A DNA stretch of 64,000 nt from Reyranellaceae bacterium (GTDB taxonomy: Bacteria; Pseudomonadota; Alphaproteobacteria; Reyranellales; JAQSWP01), in assembly GCA_050181585.1 (NCBI GenBank), contig JBFXDA010000003.1:80607-144606 (forward strand). The letters are read 5' to 3'. Each line of letters opens with the position of its first letter. Position 1 is the first letter of the stretch. Positions 51,675-61,705 of this stretch are shown here, one piece after another. Below the pieces are notes generated by a model. That model did not search any database and was not told the origin of the DNA. It worked only from the letters and a program-made list of their open reading frames with translations. Position numbers and translations under genes: made by a program.

Positions 51675-52655
51675 TCACCGCAAATGGCACGCCGCCCAAT
51701 GGCCCGGGCGTTTTTCCTCGAAGTCGGGGACTTCGGTGCTGCAGAGAGGCAATTGGCGGATCGGGCAGCGAGTGTGGAAATGGCAGCCGGTGGGCGGGCG
51801 GATCGGGCTGGGCACGTCGCCGGTCAGGCGGATGCGCTCGCGCTTGATCGAAGGATCGGGGATCGGCACCGCCGAGAGCAGCGCCTCGGTATAGGGATGC
51901 AGCGGGTTGGTGTAGAGCTCGCGCGACGGCGCCAGCTCGACGACGCGGCCGAGATACATCACCGCCACGCGGTCGGAGATGTGCTCGACCACCGACAGGT
52001 CGTGGGCGATGAAGATGTAGGTGAGGCCGAGTTCCTGCTGCAGGTCCTCCAGCAGGTTGATGACCTGGGCTTGGATCGACACGTCGAGCGCGGAGACCGG
52101 CTCGTCGCAGACGATCAGCTTGGGCGACACGGCCAGCGCGCGGGCGATGCCGATGCGCTGGCGCTGGCCGCCGGAGAATTCGTGCGGGTAGCGGCGCATA
52201 TGGTCGGGATTGAGGCCGACCGTTTCCAGCAACTGTACGATGCGCGCCTCGTATTCCCTGGGCGTGGCGGCGAGCTTGTGGATCGTCAGCGCCTCGCCGA
52301 TGATGGCGCCGACGGTCAGGCGCGGGTTCAAGGAGGCGTACGGGTCCTGGAAGATGATCTGCATGTCGCGGCGCACCGCCTGCAGTTCGTTCTTGTCCAT
52401 CGCCGTCACGTTGCGGCCCTGGAACCAGACTTCCCCCGACGTCGGCTCGATCAGGCGCAGGATGCAGCGGCCGGTGGTCGACTTGCCGCAGCCCGATTCG
52501 CCGACCACGCCCAGCGTCTCGCCCTTCTCCAGGTCGAAGCTGACGTGATTGACGGCATGCACGCGATCGACCTCGCGCCCGAAGATCCCGCCTTTGACGG
52601 AAAAATTCTTGACCAGGTCGCGGACGGAGAGGAGGGGGTGGTCGGCTGTGGTCAT
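51675..52655 (-). CDS. oligopeptide/dipeptide ABC transporter ATP-binding protein (DppF/OppF-like)
   Basis: Walker [10 protein letters not shown], signature [15 protein letters not shown] and a C-terminal oligopeptide-ABC Cys motif (CHFHTRCP...C). Confidence 0.9.
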   Translation of the reverse strand: MTTADHPLLSVRDLVKNFSVKGGIFGREVDRVHAVNHVSFDLEKGETLGVVGESGCGKSTTGRCILRLIEPTSGEVWFQGRNVTAMDKNELQAVRRDMQIIFQDPYASLNPRLTVGAIIGEALTIHKLAATPREYEARIVQLLETVGLNPDHMRRYPHEFSGGQRQRIGIARALAVSPKLIVCDEPVSALDVSIQAQVINLLEDLQQELGLTYIFIAHDLSVVEHISDRVAVMYLGRVVELAPSRELYTNPLHPYTEALLSAVPIPDPSIKRERIRLTGDVPSPIRPPTGCHFHTRCPIRQLPLCSTEVPDFEEKRPGHWAACHLR

Positions 52656-52685
52656 GTCAGACTCGATGCTTCGACTGTGGAAACG

Positions 52686-52836
52686 ACACCCTCATCCGCC
52701 CTTCGGGCACCTTCTCCCGCAAGCGGGAGAAGGGCGCAATTTGCAACAGCATCTGCGTATCCCTGAGCGCAGGTGATCTCTCGCCGCGCCCTTCTCCCGC
52801 TTGCGGGAGAAGGTGGGCGAAGCCTGGATGAGGGTA
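52686..52836. repeat. composite nested-palindrome repeat (two inverted 49-bp units around a 54-bp spacer) between the two ATPase genes
   Basis: Left unit 52686-52734, acaccctcatccgcccttcgggcaccttctcccgcaagcgggagaaggg. Right unit 52789-52836 is its near-perfect reverse complement. Confidence 0.85.
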
Positions 52837-52860
52837 TCTTTCGGGAAGCAATGTCGTGCA

Positions 52861-53877
<1,017 letters not shown>

Positions 53878-54813
53878 CTACATCACCTTGCGCGGATCGA
53901 AAGCGTCGCGCAGCCCGTCGCCAATATAGGAGATGGTGAGCACGGTGAGGAAGATCGCCAGACCCGGGAACAGCGCCCAGTGCGGCGCGAATTCGAGATA
54001 GTCCTTGGAATCGAACAGCAGGCGGCCCCAGGTCGGGATGTCGGGCGGGAAGCCCAGCCCGAGGAAGGACAGGGTGGATTCGGCGATGATGGCGGCGGCG
54101 ACGTCGATGGTGCCGGCGACGATCACCGCGCCCAGCGAGTTGGGCAGGATGTGCCGCACCACCTGGCGCGAGGTGCTGGCGCCGAGCGCCCGGGCGGCCT
54201 CGACGAACTCCTTTTCGCGCAGGGAGAAGAACTGCGCCCGCACCAGGCGGGCCACCGGCATCCAGCGGAAGGCGCCGATCACCACCACGATCAGGATGAA
54301 GATGCCGACTTCGGGACCGGCGATTTCCTTCAGCGAGTCGCGGAAGAGATAGATGATGAGGATCAGCAGCGGCAGTTGCGGCATGGCCAGGAACAGGTCG
54401 GTCAGCCACATCAGCGCGGCGTCGACCGAGCCGCGCGAGATGCCGGCGATGGCGCCGATGACGATGCCAACCACGATCGCCACCACCATGGCGGCAAGCC
54501 CGACCGCCAGCGAGATGCGGCCGCCATAGAGCATGCGGGCCAGCAGGTCCTGGCCCAGATCGTCGGTGCCCAGCGGGTGCGCCAGCGAGGGTCCCTTCAG
54601 GCGGGCGCGAAAGTCGATCTCGTTGATGGGGGTGTCCCAGATCATCGGCCCGAAAACCACGGCCAGGATCATGAACGACAGGACGAACAGGCTGATCAGC
54701 GCCAGCTTGTGGCGGCGGAAGCGGCGCCACGTCTCTTGCCAGGGCGAGACCGGCTTGCGCGGGCGCGCCGAGGCGGCCTTAGCGATAGGAGATGCGAGGG
54801 TCGAGCCAGCCAT
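53878..54813 (-). CDS. ABC transporter permease (DppC/OppC-like)
   Basis: 311 aa, 6 TM. EAA loop region [23 protein letters not shown]. Confidence 0.88.
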   Translation of the reverse strand: MAGSTLASPIAKAASARPRKPVSPWQETWRRFRRHKLALISLFVLSFMILAVVFGPMIWDTPINEIDFRARLKGPSLAHPLGTDDLGQDLLARMLYGGRISLAVGLAAMVVAIVVGIVIGAIAGISRGSVDAALMWLTDLFLAMPQLPLLILIIYLFRDSLKEIAGPEVGIFILIVVVIGAFRWMPVARLVRAQFFSLREKEFVEAARALGASTSRQVVRHILPNSLGAVIVAGTIDVAAAIIAESTLSFLGLGFPPDIPTWGRLLFDSKDYLEFAPHWALFPGLAIFLTVLTISYIGDGLRDAFDPRKVM

Positions 54814-55738
54814 AGATGAGATCCGCCAGAAGATTGAAAGCGATGACGAGACAGGCCAGGACGAAGGTCACGGCCATGATCACCGGCGTGTCGTTGGCCA
54901 GCACGGCGGTGATCAGCAGCGAGCCGATGCCGGGAACGCGGAAGATCTGCTCGGTGATGATGGCGCCGCCGAACACCGCCGGCATCTGCAGCGCCACCAG
55001 CGTCACCACCGGGATCATGGCGTTGCGCACCACGTGCTTCATGATGATCTTGCTTTCGCCCAGGCCCTTGGCGCGGGCGGTGGTGACGTATTCCAGCCGG
55101 ATCATGTCCAGCACCGAGGCGCGCACGTAGCGCGTCCAGGAGGCGCCCTGGAACAGGCCCAGCACCAGCACCGGCATCAGCATCTGCTTGAAATGGTCCC
55201 AGTAGAACTGCAGGCCGGTCGAGGTGATGTCGGTGCGGTAGACGAAGGGCAGCCAGTCGAGCCAGATCGAGAAGATCATGATCAGCAGCAGGCCGGTGAA
55301 GAAGGTCGGCAGCGAGAAGCCGATGAAGGCCAGCGTGTTGGCGATCTGGTCGAAGACGGAATAGGGCCGGGCGGCGGCGTAGATGCCGACCGGCAGGGCG
55401 ATGGCCAGCGCCAGGACCTGCGAGGTGCCGATCACCAGCAAGGTGGTGCCGAGGCGGCCGAGGATGAGGTCGTCGACGTTGATGCGCGAGGCGAAGGAGA
55501 AGCCCCAGTCGCCCTGGATCATGGCGGTGAACCAGCGCAGGTAGCGCAGGTAGATGGGATCGTCGAGGCCGAAGCTCTCGCGCAGGTTCTGCCGCACCTC
55601 GGCGGGAATGTTGGGATTGGTGGCCAGCTCCTCGAACGGATCGCCCGGGGCCAGGGCGAGCACGACGAAGAGCACGATCGAAATGCCGATCACGCTCGGG
55701 ATGGCGATCAGCAATCGCCGGAGAAGATATTGGCCCAC
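54779..55738 (-). CDS. ABC transporter permease (DppB/OppB-like)
   Basis: MGQYLLRRLLIAIPSVIGISIVLFVVL... and YVTTARAKGLGESKIIMKHVVRNA, a typical DppB. Confidence 0.88.
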   Translation of the reverse strand: MGQYLLRRLLIAIPSVIGISIVLFVVLALAPGDPFEELATNPNIPAEVRQNLRESFGLDDPIYLRYLRWFTAMIQGDWGFSFASRINVDDLILGRLGTTLLVIGTSQVLALAIALPVGIYAAARPYSVFDQIANTLAFIGFSLPTFFTGLLLIMIFSIWLDWLPFVYRTDITSTGLQFYWDHFKQMLMPVLVLGLFQGASWTRYVRASVLDMIRLEYVTTARAKGLGESKIIMKHVVRNAMIPVVTLVALQMPAVFGGAIITEQIFRVPGIGSLLITAVLANDTPVIMAVTFVLACLVIAFNLLADLIYGWLDPRISYR

Positions 55739-55821
55739 GCGGCTGCCCTTGTCGGTTGCTCGGGCCGGCGCGGCCCGATCAGGCAGGAAACCTGCAAGAT
55801 CGATGCCGCGCCGCGCCTGTG

Positions 55822-55854
55822 CAAAGGGAGCGGACGCCGTCGCCCGGCGTCCGC
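55822..55854 (-). terminator. intercistronic GC hairpin between the binding-protein and permease genes (attenuator/stabiliser candidate)
   Basis: 10-bp stem gcggacgccg/cggcgtccgc with a 5-nt loop. On the minus strand it is followed by TCCCTTTG. Confidence 0.4.
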
Positions 55855-55882
55855 GGTTTCCAGTCCGTTGCGCTCAGCCGGC

Positions 55883-57676
55883 CTAGGCTTCGCGATACCA
55901 CTCGCGCAGCTGGTACAGGTCGTTGTCCCAGCCCGACACGTTGACGCGCAGCTTGTTCGACACGCCGCCGACGCGCGGGCGGTAGACCACCGGGATCACC
56001 GCGTTGTTCGAGCACACGACATCGTTGATCTTGATGAACAGCGCGGCGCGCTTGATCGGATCGAGCTCGCCTTCCTGGGCCTTGTAGGCCGCGTCCACCT
56101 CGGGATGGGTGAAGCGGGTGATGTTGCGGCCCTGCCACTTGTTTTCCTTGGTCGCCAACTGCTCGGTGATGAACTGGTTCATGAACAGGCCTGGATCGGG
56201 CTCGGTCATGGTCGTGGTGTACATCTGCACGTCGCAATAGAACTTGGTGTAGGTGTCCGGATTGGCGACGTCGGAGGAGAAGAACACCGAAGCCGTCACC
56301 GACTTCAACTCCAGGTCGATGCCGGCCTTCTGCGCCGCCTGCTTGACGATCTGCTGCGTCTTCTGGCGCGGCGCGTTGATGGAGGTCTGGAACACCATCT
56401 TCAGCTTCTTGCCGCCCTTCTCGCGGATGCCGTCGGAGCCCTTCTTCCAGCCGCCGTCCTCGAGGATCTTGGCCGCCTTCTCGACGTTGAATTCGTACGT
56501 CATCGTCTTGGAGCGGTAGCGCTCGGGATTGTTCAGGAAGTTGGCCGTGGCGATGCCGGTGCGGCCATAGATGAACTCCTGCGTGCCGGCGCGATCGACC
56601 AGCAGGCCCATGGCCTGGCGCACCGCCGGGTCGCTGAGCAGCGGATGCTTGGTCTTGATCGACGAGCGCTCGCCGTCGACCTCGGTCCAGGGATCGGTGG
56701 AGTTGAGCTGCATGTGCTCGATGTTGCCGCCGGGCACGATGTTGGCCCGGCCCTTGCCGTCCTTCTCCATCTTGAGCAGGATTTCGTCCTCGACCTGCAG
56801 GTTCCAGGCGTAGTCGTACTCGCCGGTCTGCATGACGGCGCGCGCCGCGGACACCGCATCGCCGCCGCCCTTCATCTCGATCGTGTCGAAATGCGGCTGA
56901 TTGGCGACGTGGTAGTCCGTGTTGATGGCGCCGGTGACCAGGTCGCCCGGCTTGAAGTCGACGAACTTGTAAGGGCCGGTGCCGACCGGCTTGAGGTTGG
57001 CCGGGGCCTCACGCGACTTGGCGCCGGTGTAGTCCTTGAACAGGTGCTTGGGGATCTGCATGCCGCGCGTGCCGACGAAGGCGTCGGCCCAGAACGGCGT
57101 CGGCTTCTGGAATTTCACCTTGATGGTGTGGCTGTCGATCTTCTCGACCTCGACATCCTTGTAGGAGCCGATGGTCACCGAAGCGGTCGCCGGATCCTTG
57201 CCGTACTCCCAGTTGAAGATACAGTCGTCGGCGGTGAAGGGCTGGCCGTCGTGCCATTTCACGCCCTGCTTCAGCTTCCAGGTGACCGACATGCCGTCCT
57301 TGGCCAGGCCGCCATTCTCGACGGTGGGAACCTCGGCGGCGAGGAAGGGCACCAGGTTGCCGTCGGCGTCCCAGCCGGCCAGCGGCTCGTAGAAGATGCG
57401 GCTGCCTTCCTGGTCCTTGGTGCCGACCGCGAAATGCGGGTTGAGCAGGGTGGCGCCCTGCCACCACAGCACCTTCAGCGCGCCGCCGCCGCCGCGCTTG
57501 GTCGGCTTGTAGACGTGCTTGGCGGTCTGCGCCTGGGCGACGCCGGCATGGTTCAGCATCTGCGCCGCCATCGGCGCGGTCAGTCCCAGCGCGATCATGC
57601 GGGTGATGAATGCGCGGCGGGAGAGCTTGCCCGCCTTGACCTTGTTCACAAGGCTTCGCAGTTGACGTTCGTTCAT
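55883..57676 (-). CDS. family-5 (DppA/OppA-like) periplasmic substrate-binding protein with Tat-type signal
   Basis: Start at MNERQLRSLVNKVKAGKLSRRAFITRMIALGLTAP (GAGGG 9 nt upstream). 597 aa. Alternative ATGs at 57685 and 57715. Confidence 0.85.
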   Translation of the reverse strand: MNERQLRSLVNKVKAGKLSRRAFITRMIALGLTAPMAAQMLNHAGVAQAQTAKHVYKPTKRGGGGALKVLWWQGATLLNPHFAVGTKDQEGSRIFYEPLAGWDADGNLVPFLAAEVPTVENGGLAKDGMSVTWKLKQGVKWHDGQPFTADDCIFNWEYGKDPATASVTIGSYKDVEVEKIDSHTIKVKFQKPTPFWADAFVGTRGMQIPKHLFKDYTGAKSREAPANLKPVGTGPYKFVDFKPGDLVTGAINTDYHVANQPHFDTIEMKGGGDAVSAARAVMQTGEYDYAWNLQVEDEILLKMEKDGKGRANIVPGGNIEHMQLNSTDPWTEVDGERSSIKTKHPLLSDPAVRQAMGLLVDRAGTQEFIYGRTGIATANFLNNPERYRSKTMTYEFNVEKAAKILEDGGWKKGSDGIREKGGKKLKMVFQTSINAPRQKTQQIVKQAAQKAGIDLELKSVTASVFFSSDVANPDTYTKFYCDVQMYTTTMTEPDPGLFMNQFITEQLATKENKWQGRNITRFTHPEVDAAYKAQEGELDPIKRAALFIKINDVVCSNNAVIPVVYRPRVGGVSNKLRVNVSGWDNDLYQLREWYREA

Positions 57677-57985
57677 GTGAGCCATCCCTCGTTTATTTTC
57701 AGCAGTTCGCTGCATTGGCTTGCCGTGCCTCGGCCTTCCGGAAAGGGAGGCGGACGCCCGGACAGTGCATGGATGCTACGCAGTAATGCGAGGGGTGACA
57801 ATCCTCGTTCCGCGCGGCGAGGGCCGATTCTGCCTGTTGCATCGCCATACAACCGGAGGCTGGCCGGTTTTCGGGCAGGGCGCCGGGTGTTTGGCTACAA
57901 AGTGTGCGGTGCGGGAGGATGGCGGGAGATGTTCGCGCCGCGCCGGTTGAGTAGGGTAGCGCTCCGGGGAAAGAGGAGAGATCTC

Positions 57986-58432
57986 GTGAACGACGCGATA
58001 CTGGAAGCATCGGTCGATGCCGCTCTCGAGAAGCTGCATGCCGCCATGGCGAAGGTGGCGAACGGTGACGTGTCGGCGATCAAGGCGCTCTATTCGCATT
58101 CCGACGATGCCACGAGCTTCTATGGCTGGGGCGGCTACGAGAAGGGCTGGGAGGCGGTGTCGCAGCGCTGGGACTGGGCGGCCAGGCAGTTCCAGGGCGG
58201 CCGCGTGACGCACGAGACGATCTCGCGCTTCGTCAAGCCGCAGATGTTCTACGTCACCCAGATCGAGACGTTCAGCAACCAGCGCGTGGCGGGCGTCGAC
58301 GGCGAGACCGGCTGGTCCAATCGCGTGACGCATGTCTTCGCGCGCGAGAACGGCGAGTGGCGGCTGATCCATCGCCACGCCAACCGGCTAGAGGCGCAGT
58401 TCGATCCGGCGCAGAAGCTGAAGGGGCGCTGA
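57986..58432 (+). CDS. SnoaL-like / NTF2-fold (DUF4440-like) protein
   Basis: GTG start with AAGAGGAGAG RBS. 148 aa. ...NRVTHVFARENGEWRLIHRHAN is a typical NTF2-like C-terminus. It is the only credible part of track ORF 54533..58432. Confidence 0.6.
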   Translation: MNDAILEASVDAALEKLHAAMAKVANGDVSAIKALYSHSDDATSFYGWGGYEKGWEAVSQRWDWAARQFQGGRVTHETISRFVKPQMFYVTQIETFSNQRVAGVDGETGWSNRVTHVFARENGEWRLIHRHANRLEAQFDPAQKLKGR

Positions 58433-58572
58433 TGTCGAAGGTCGGGAACGCGCCTATATCGGGAGGCCGTTGTCCGGCGGCGATTCTTCTCCCAAGCGGT
58501 CGCGGCGCCGGCAAACGCAGCGACATTAAGAGCATTCCGTCCGCACCGCTTCTGGGGCACAACTGCGGCGCC

Positions 58573-59589
58573 ATGGCCGAGCCCGATTCCCGCCGTCCGA
58601 TCGCCGATCCCGCGTCCGAGCGCGAAGCCGCGCCCGCCGCCGTGCCGGAAGAGCTGCACGCGAGCTTCGCCTGGGGCGGGCTCTACCGGTTCTTCACGAC
58701 CGGCGACGGCATCCGCCTGCGCCATGCGTTCTGGCCGGCGCCGGAGCGGAGCCGGCGCGTCGGCCGCATCGTGGTGCTGGGCGGGCGCGGGGAGTTCACC
58801 GACAAATACGCCGGCGAGATGGTGAGCGAGCTGCTGGGGCGCGGCTTCGACGTGCATGCCATGGACTGGCGCGGGCAGGGGCTGTCGCAACGCCTGCTGC
58901 CCGATGCCGAGAAGGGCCATGTCGAGGACTTCGCCGACTATGCCCGCGACCTGGGCGAGTATCTGGACCAGGTGGTGACGCGCATGCCCGGCGTGCCGAC
59001 CTTCCTGCTCGGCCACTCCATGGGCGGCCATACCATTCTGCGCCATCTGGCGCAGCATCCCGGGCAGAGCGTCGCGCAGGGCGCCATACTGTGCGCGCCG
59101 ATGACCGGCCTGCGCCATGCGCTGCTGATCAGGTCGGCGCTGCTCACCGCGCCCAAGGGCTCGGGCCGGGCCCACGACTATGCGCTGGGAGCGGGGCCCT
59201 TTGCCGAGATCCGCCGCTTCTTCTCCGACAATCTCGTGACCTCCGATCCGCGCCGCTATGCCTTCACCGAATGGTGGTTCCGGGCCGACCCGCGGCTGAA
59301 GCTGGGTGGCGTCACCTACCAGTGGCTGCGCGCGGGTTTCGATTCCATGGCGTGGATGGCGCAGCCGGGCGTCGTCGAGCGCATTGCGGTGCCGGTGCTG
59401 CTGCTGTCGGCCGGGCACGACAGGCTGGTCGATCCCGCCACGCATCCGCGCCTCGCCGCCCGCCTGAAACACGGCAGGCTCGCCTTTTACGAAGAGGCGC
59501 AGCACGAGATCATGATGGAGACCGACGCCATCCGGGCGCGGTTCTGGGCGGATTTCGATGCGTTCGTCGGTGGGATGGTGGCGCGTTAG
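58573..59589 (+). CDS. alpha/beta hydrolase (lysophospholipase-like)
   Basis: GHSMGG nucleophile elbow and an HG oxyanion region (VVLGGRGEF). Start set at MAEPDSRR because GC3 rises from about 70% to about 88% there (hand count). An alternative coupled ATG is at 58432. Confidence 0.75.
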   Translation: MAEPDSRRPIADPASEREAAPAAVPEELHASFAWGGLYRFFTTGDGIRLRHAFWPAPERSRRVGRIVVLGGRGEFTDKYAGEMVSELLGRGFDVHAMDWRGQGLSQRLLPDAEKGHVEDFADYARDLGEYLDQVVTRMPGVPTFLLGHSMGGHTILRHLAQHPGQSVAQGAILCAPMTGLRHALLIRSALLTAPKGSGRAHDYALGAGPFAEIRRFFSDNLVTSDPRRYAFTEWWFRADPRLKLGGVTYQWLRAGFDSMAWMAQPGVVERIAVPVLLLSAGHDRLVDPATHPRLAARLKHGRLAFYEEAQHEIMMETDAIRARFWADFDAFVGGMVAR

Positions 59590-59632
59590 GTGCGAATGCT
59601 GCTGGGATGTCGCGTCTCTTTCGTTGCGAGAG

Positions 59633-59758
59633 ACACCCTCATCCGCCCTTCGGGCACCTTCTCCCGCAAGCGGGAGAAGGGCGTATTGGGAGAGGCCCTG
59701 TTTCAAACACCCTTCTCCCGCAAGCGGGAGAAGGTGGGCGAAGCCCGGATGAGGGTGT
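59633..59758. repeat. composite nested-palindrome repeat (two inverted 49-bp units, 28-bp spacer)
   Basis: Left unit 59633-59681 is identical to those at 52686 and 17398. Right unit 59710-59758 is ...cccttctcccgcaagcgggagaaggtgggcgaagcccggatgagggtgt. Confidence 0.85.
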
Positions 59759-59819
59759 TGTCTCGGCCGCCAAACGGGCCGACAATGATGCAAAGCAAGA
59801 ACCTACCGGAGGAAACACC

Positions 59820-60644
59820 ATGGCTTTCGCTGCGATGACGCCGGACCAGCTCGCCGCCAGGATTCCCGACGGGGCCAAGATCTGCGTGCCGCCGGACTAT
59901 GCCGGCGTGGCGATGGAGCTGACGCGGGCCATGGTGCGGCGCGGGGTGCGTGACCTGCATCTGGTCTGCGTGCCGGTGTCGGGGCTGCAGGCGGAACTGC
60001 TGATCGGGTCGGGGGCGATCGCGACCCTGGAAACCTCGGCCATCACGCTGGGCGAGTACGGCACGGCGCATCGCTTCGTGCAGGGCTTGAAGAACGGCGA
60101 GTTCCGCATGCTGGACGCCACCTGTCCGGCCGTGCATGCCGCCATCCAGGCGGCGGGCAAGGGCGTGCCGTTCGCGCCGCTGCGCGGCATGCTGGGCACC
60201 GATCTGCTGGAACGGCGCAGCGACTGGAAGGTGATCGACAATCCGTTCAGCGCCGAGAAGGATCCGATCGTGCTGCTGCCGGCCCTACGCTGCGATATCG
60301 CCATGTTCCACGCGCCCTATGCCGACCGCAACGGCAACGTCTTCATCGGCCGCCGGCGCGAGCTGGTGGCGATGGCGCACGCCTCGGAAGCCGCCTTCGT
60401 GACGGTGGAGGAGGTGCGCGACATCGACCTGCTGGCCTCGGAGGAGACGGCCGCCGGCTGTCTCGCCGCCGCCTATGTCGGCGGCGTGGCGCAAGCGCCG
60501 CGCGGGGCCTGGCCGCTGCATCTGTGGGATCTCTACGGCTACGACGAGGCGCATCTGAAGACGTACTCCGAGATGGCGCGCTCGGCCGACGGGTTCGCCC
60601 GCTATCTCGACCAGTTCGTGCGCCAGCGGCGGGCGGCGGAGTAG
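59820..60644 (+). CDS. CoA-transferase subunit A (glutaconate CoA-transferase GctA-like)
   Basis: GGAGGAAAC RBS. 274 aa. ...AMFHAPYADRNGNVFI... pattern of class I CoA-transferase alpha subunits. Followed 6 nt later by the beta subunit. Confidence 0.75.
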   Translation: MAFAAMTPDQLAARIPDGAKICVPPDYAGVAMELTRAMVRRGVRDLHLVCVPVSGLQAELLIGSGAIATLETSAITLGEYGTAHRFVQGLKNGEFRMLDATCPAVHAAIQAAGKGVPFAPLRGMLGTDLLERRSDWKVIDNPFSAEKDPIVLLPALRCDIAMFHAPYADRNGNVFIGRRRELVAMAHASEAAFVTVEEVRDIDLLASEETAAGCLAAAYVGGVAQAPRGAWPLHLWDLYGYDEAHLKTYSEMARSADGFARYLDQFVRQRRAAE

Positions 60645-60650
60645 CGCAGG

Positions 60651-61397
60651 ATGGGCGACGCCAGGGAGTGCAGCCGCCAGGAGTTGCTGATCTTCACCAT
60701 CGCGCGGCTGCTGCAGGGTTGCCGCATCGTGGCGACCGGCGCCTCCTCGCCCATTCCCGGCGCGGGCGCGCTGCTGGCGCGGGCGCAGTCGGGCGACGCC
60801 ATGCGGCTGGTCGTGCTGGGCAGCACGCGGCACAATTTCCTCTGCGACGGCGGGGTGGAGCTGTTCGACATCGCCGCGCAAGGGCGGCTCGACGCCTTCT
60901 TCCTCGGCGGCGGGCAGATCGACGGGCAGGCCAACATCAACCTGGTCGGCGCCGGCGGCGACTATCCGCGCACCGACGTGCGCTGGCCCGGCTCCTTCGG
61001 CTCGGCCTATCTCTACTACCTGGTGCCGCGCGTGATCCTGTTCCGCGAGGAGCACACGCGGCGGGTGATGGTGCCGAAAGTCGATTTCGTCTCGGCGGCC
61101 GGACCGCGCAACGACGGCACCTATCGGCCGGGCGGGCCGATCGGCTTGCTGACCAATCTGTGCTGGTTCTCCTTCGATCGGCAGCGCCTGCGTTTCAGGC
61201 TGGAGAGCGTGCATGCGGGGCGCAGCGTGGAAGAAGTGCGCGACAACACCGGCTTCGATTTCGACTGCCCGCAGAGCGTGCCGACCACGCTCGTACCGGA
61301 GGCGGCGACCTTGGCGCTGATCAGGGGCCGCGTCGCCTCGGAACTGGCCGATGCCTATCCGCGCTTCGTGGCGCAGGTGTTCGGGCAGGCGGCATAA
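60651..61397 (+). CDS. CoA-transferase subunit B (GctB-like)
   Basis: 248 aa. ...FFLGGGQIDGQANINLVG... region typical of class I CoA-transferase beta subunits. Confidence 0.75.
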   Translation: MGDARECSRQELLIFTIARLLQGCRIVATGASSPIPGAGALLARAQSGDAMRLVVLGSTRHNFLCDGGVELFDIAAQGRLDAFFLGGGQIDGQANINLVGAGGDYPRTDVRWPGSFGSAYLYYLVPRVILFREEHTRRVMVPKVDFVSAAGPRNDGTYRPGGPIGLLTNLCWFSFDRQRLRFRLESVHAGRSVEEVRDNTGFDFDCPQSVPTTLVPEAATLALIRGRVASELADAYPRFVAQVFGQAA

Positions 61398-61671
61398 GCC
61401 CCGGCCGGCGGCCGTCTCCCCGCCATCGCTTCGAAAGCGCCGGTCTGGCTGGACGACGGAAGACAAGGACCCCGTTTGCGACAGGGACTGGGCAGCAAGC
61501 CAAGCGGAAAAATCACGGTGGCACGAGCCGTAAGTGCTGGTGCGCGCTGATCCATCGGGCGTTGGCAGGGAAAATCCGCGACGGCGTGACGGATTTACAC
61601 GGTGTCCCTAGGGGCCATTGCGAGTGCGGGTGCGATTGACTTGCAGCGGGTAGCGCGGTAGGAGTTTGCAC

Positions 61672-61686
61672 CTGCGAATCGTTCGC
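61672..61686. promoter_or_regulatory. TGCGAA-TCG-TTCGCA dyad upstream of the iron-binding-protein gene (ICE/Irr-like architecture)
   Basis: Perfect 6-3-6 inverted repeat 20 nt before ATG 61706. The central GAATCGTTC resembles the GAATCATTC core of the Bradyrhizobium iron control element as I recall it. TTGACT at 61635-61640. Confidence 0.35.
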
Positions 61687-61705
61687 AAAACCAACCGAGG
61701 AAACC

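Noticed and set aside
52686-52836. Possibility that the repeated cccttctcccgc...gcgggagaaggg hairpins are a small CRISPR array.
   Set aside because: The units are inverted rather than direct. There are only one or two per locus, scattered over 40 kb. There is no regular spacer length and no cas genes.
54533-57985. The 5' 1150 codons of the 1299-aa plus-strand ORF 54533..58432, the largest ORF in the track.
   Set aside because: It runs antisense to the dppC, dppB and binding-protein genes and is low complexity. Only the last 148 codons (GTG 57986, good RBS, NTF2-like sequence) look like a real gene.
58432-58572. Upstream ATG (TGATG coupling with the NTF2-like gene) as the start of the alpha/beta hydrolase.
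   Set aside because: Hand-counted GC3 is only about 70% in these 47 codons, against about 88% after ATG 58573, and the peptide looks non-protein-like. Kept as an alternative only.
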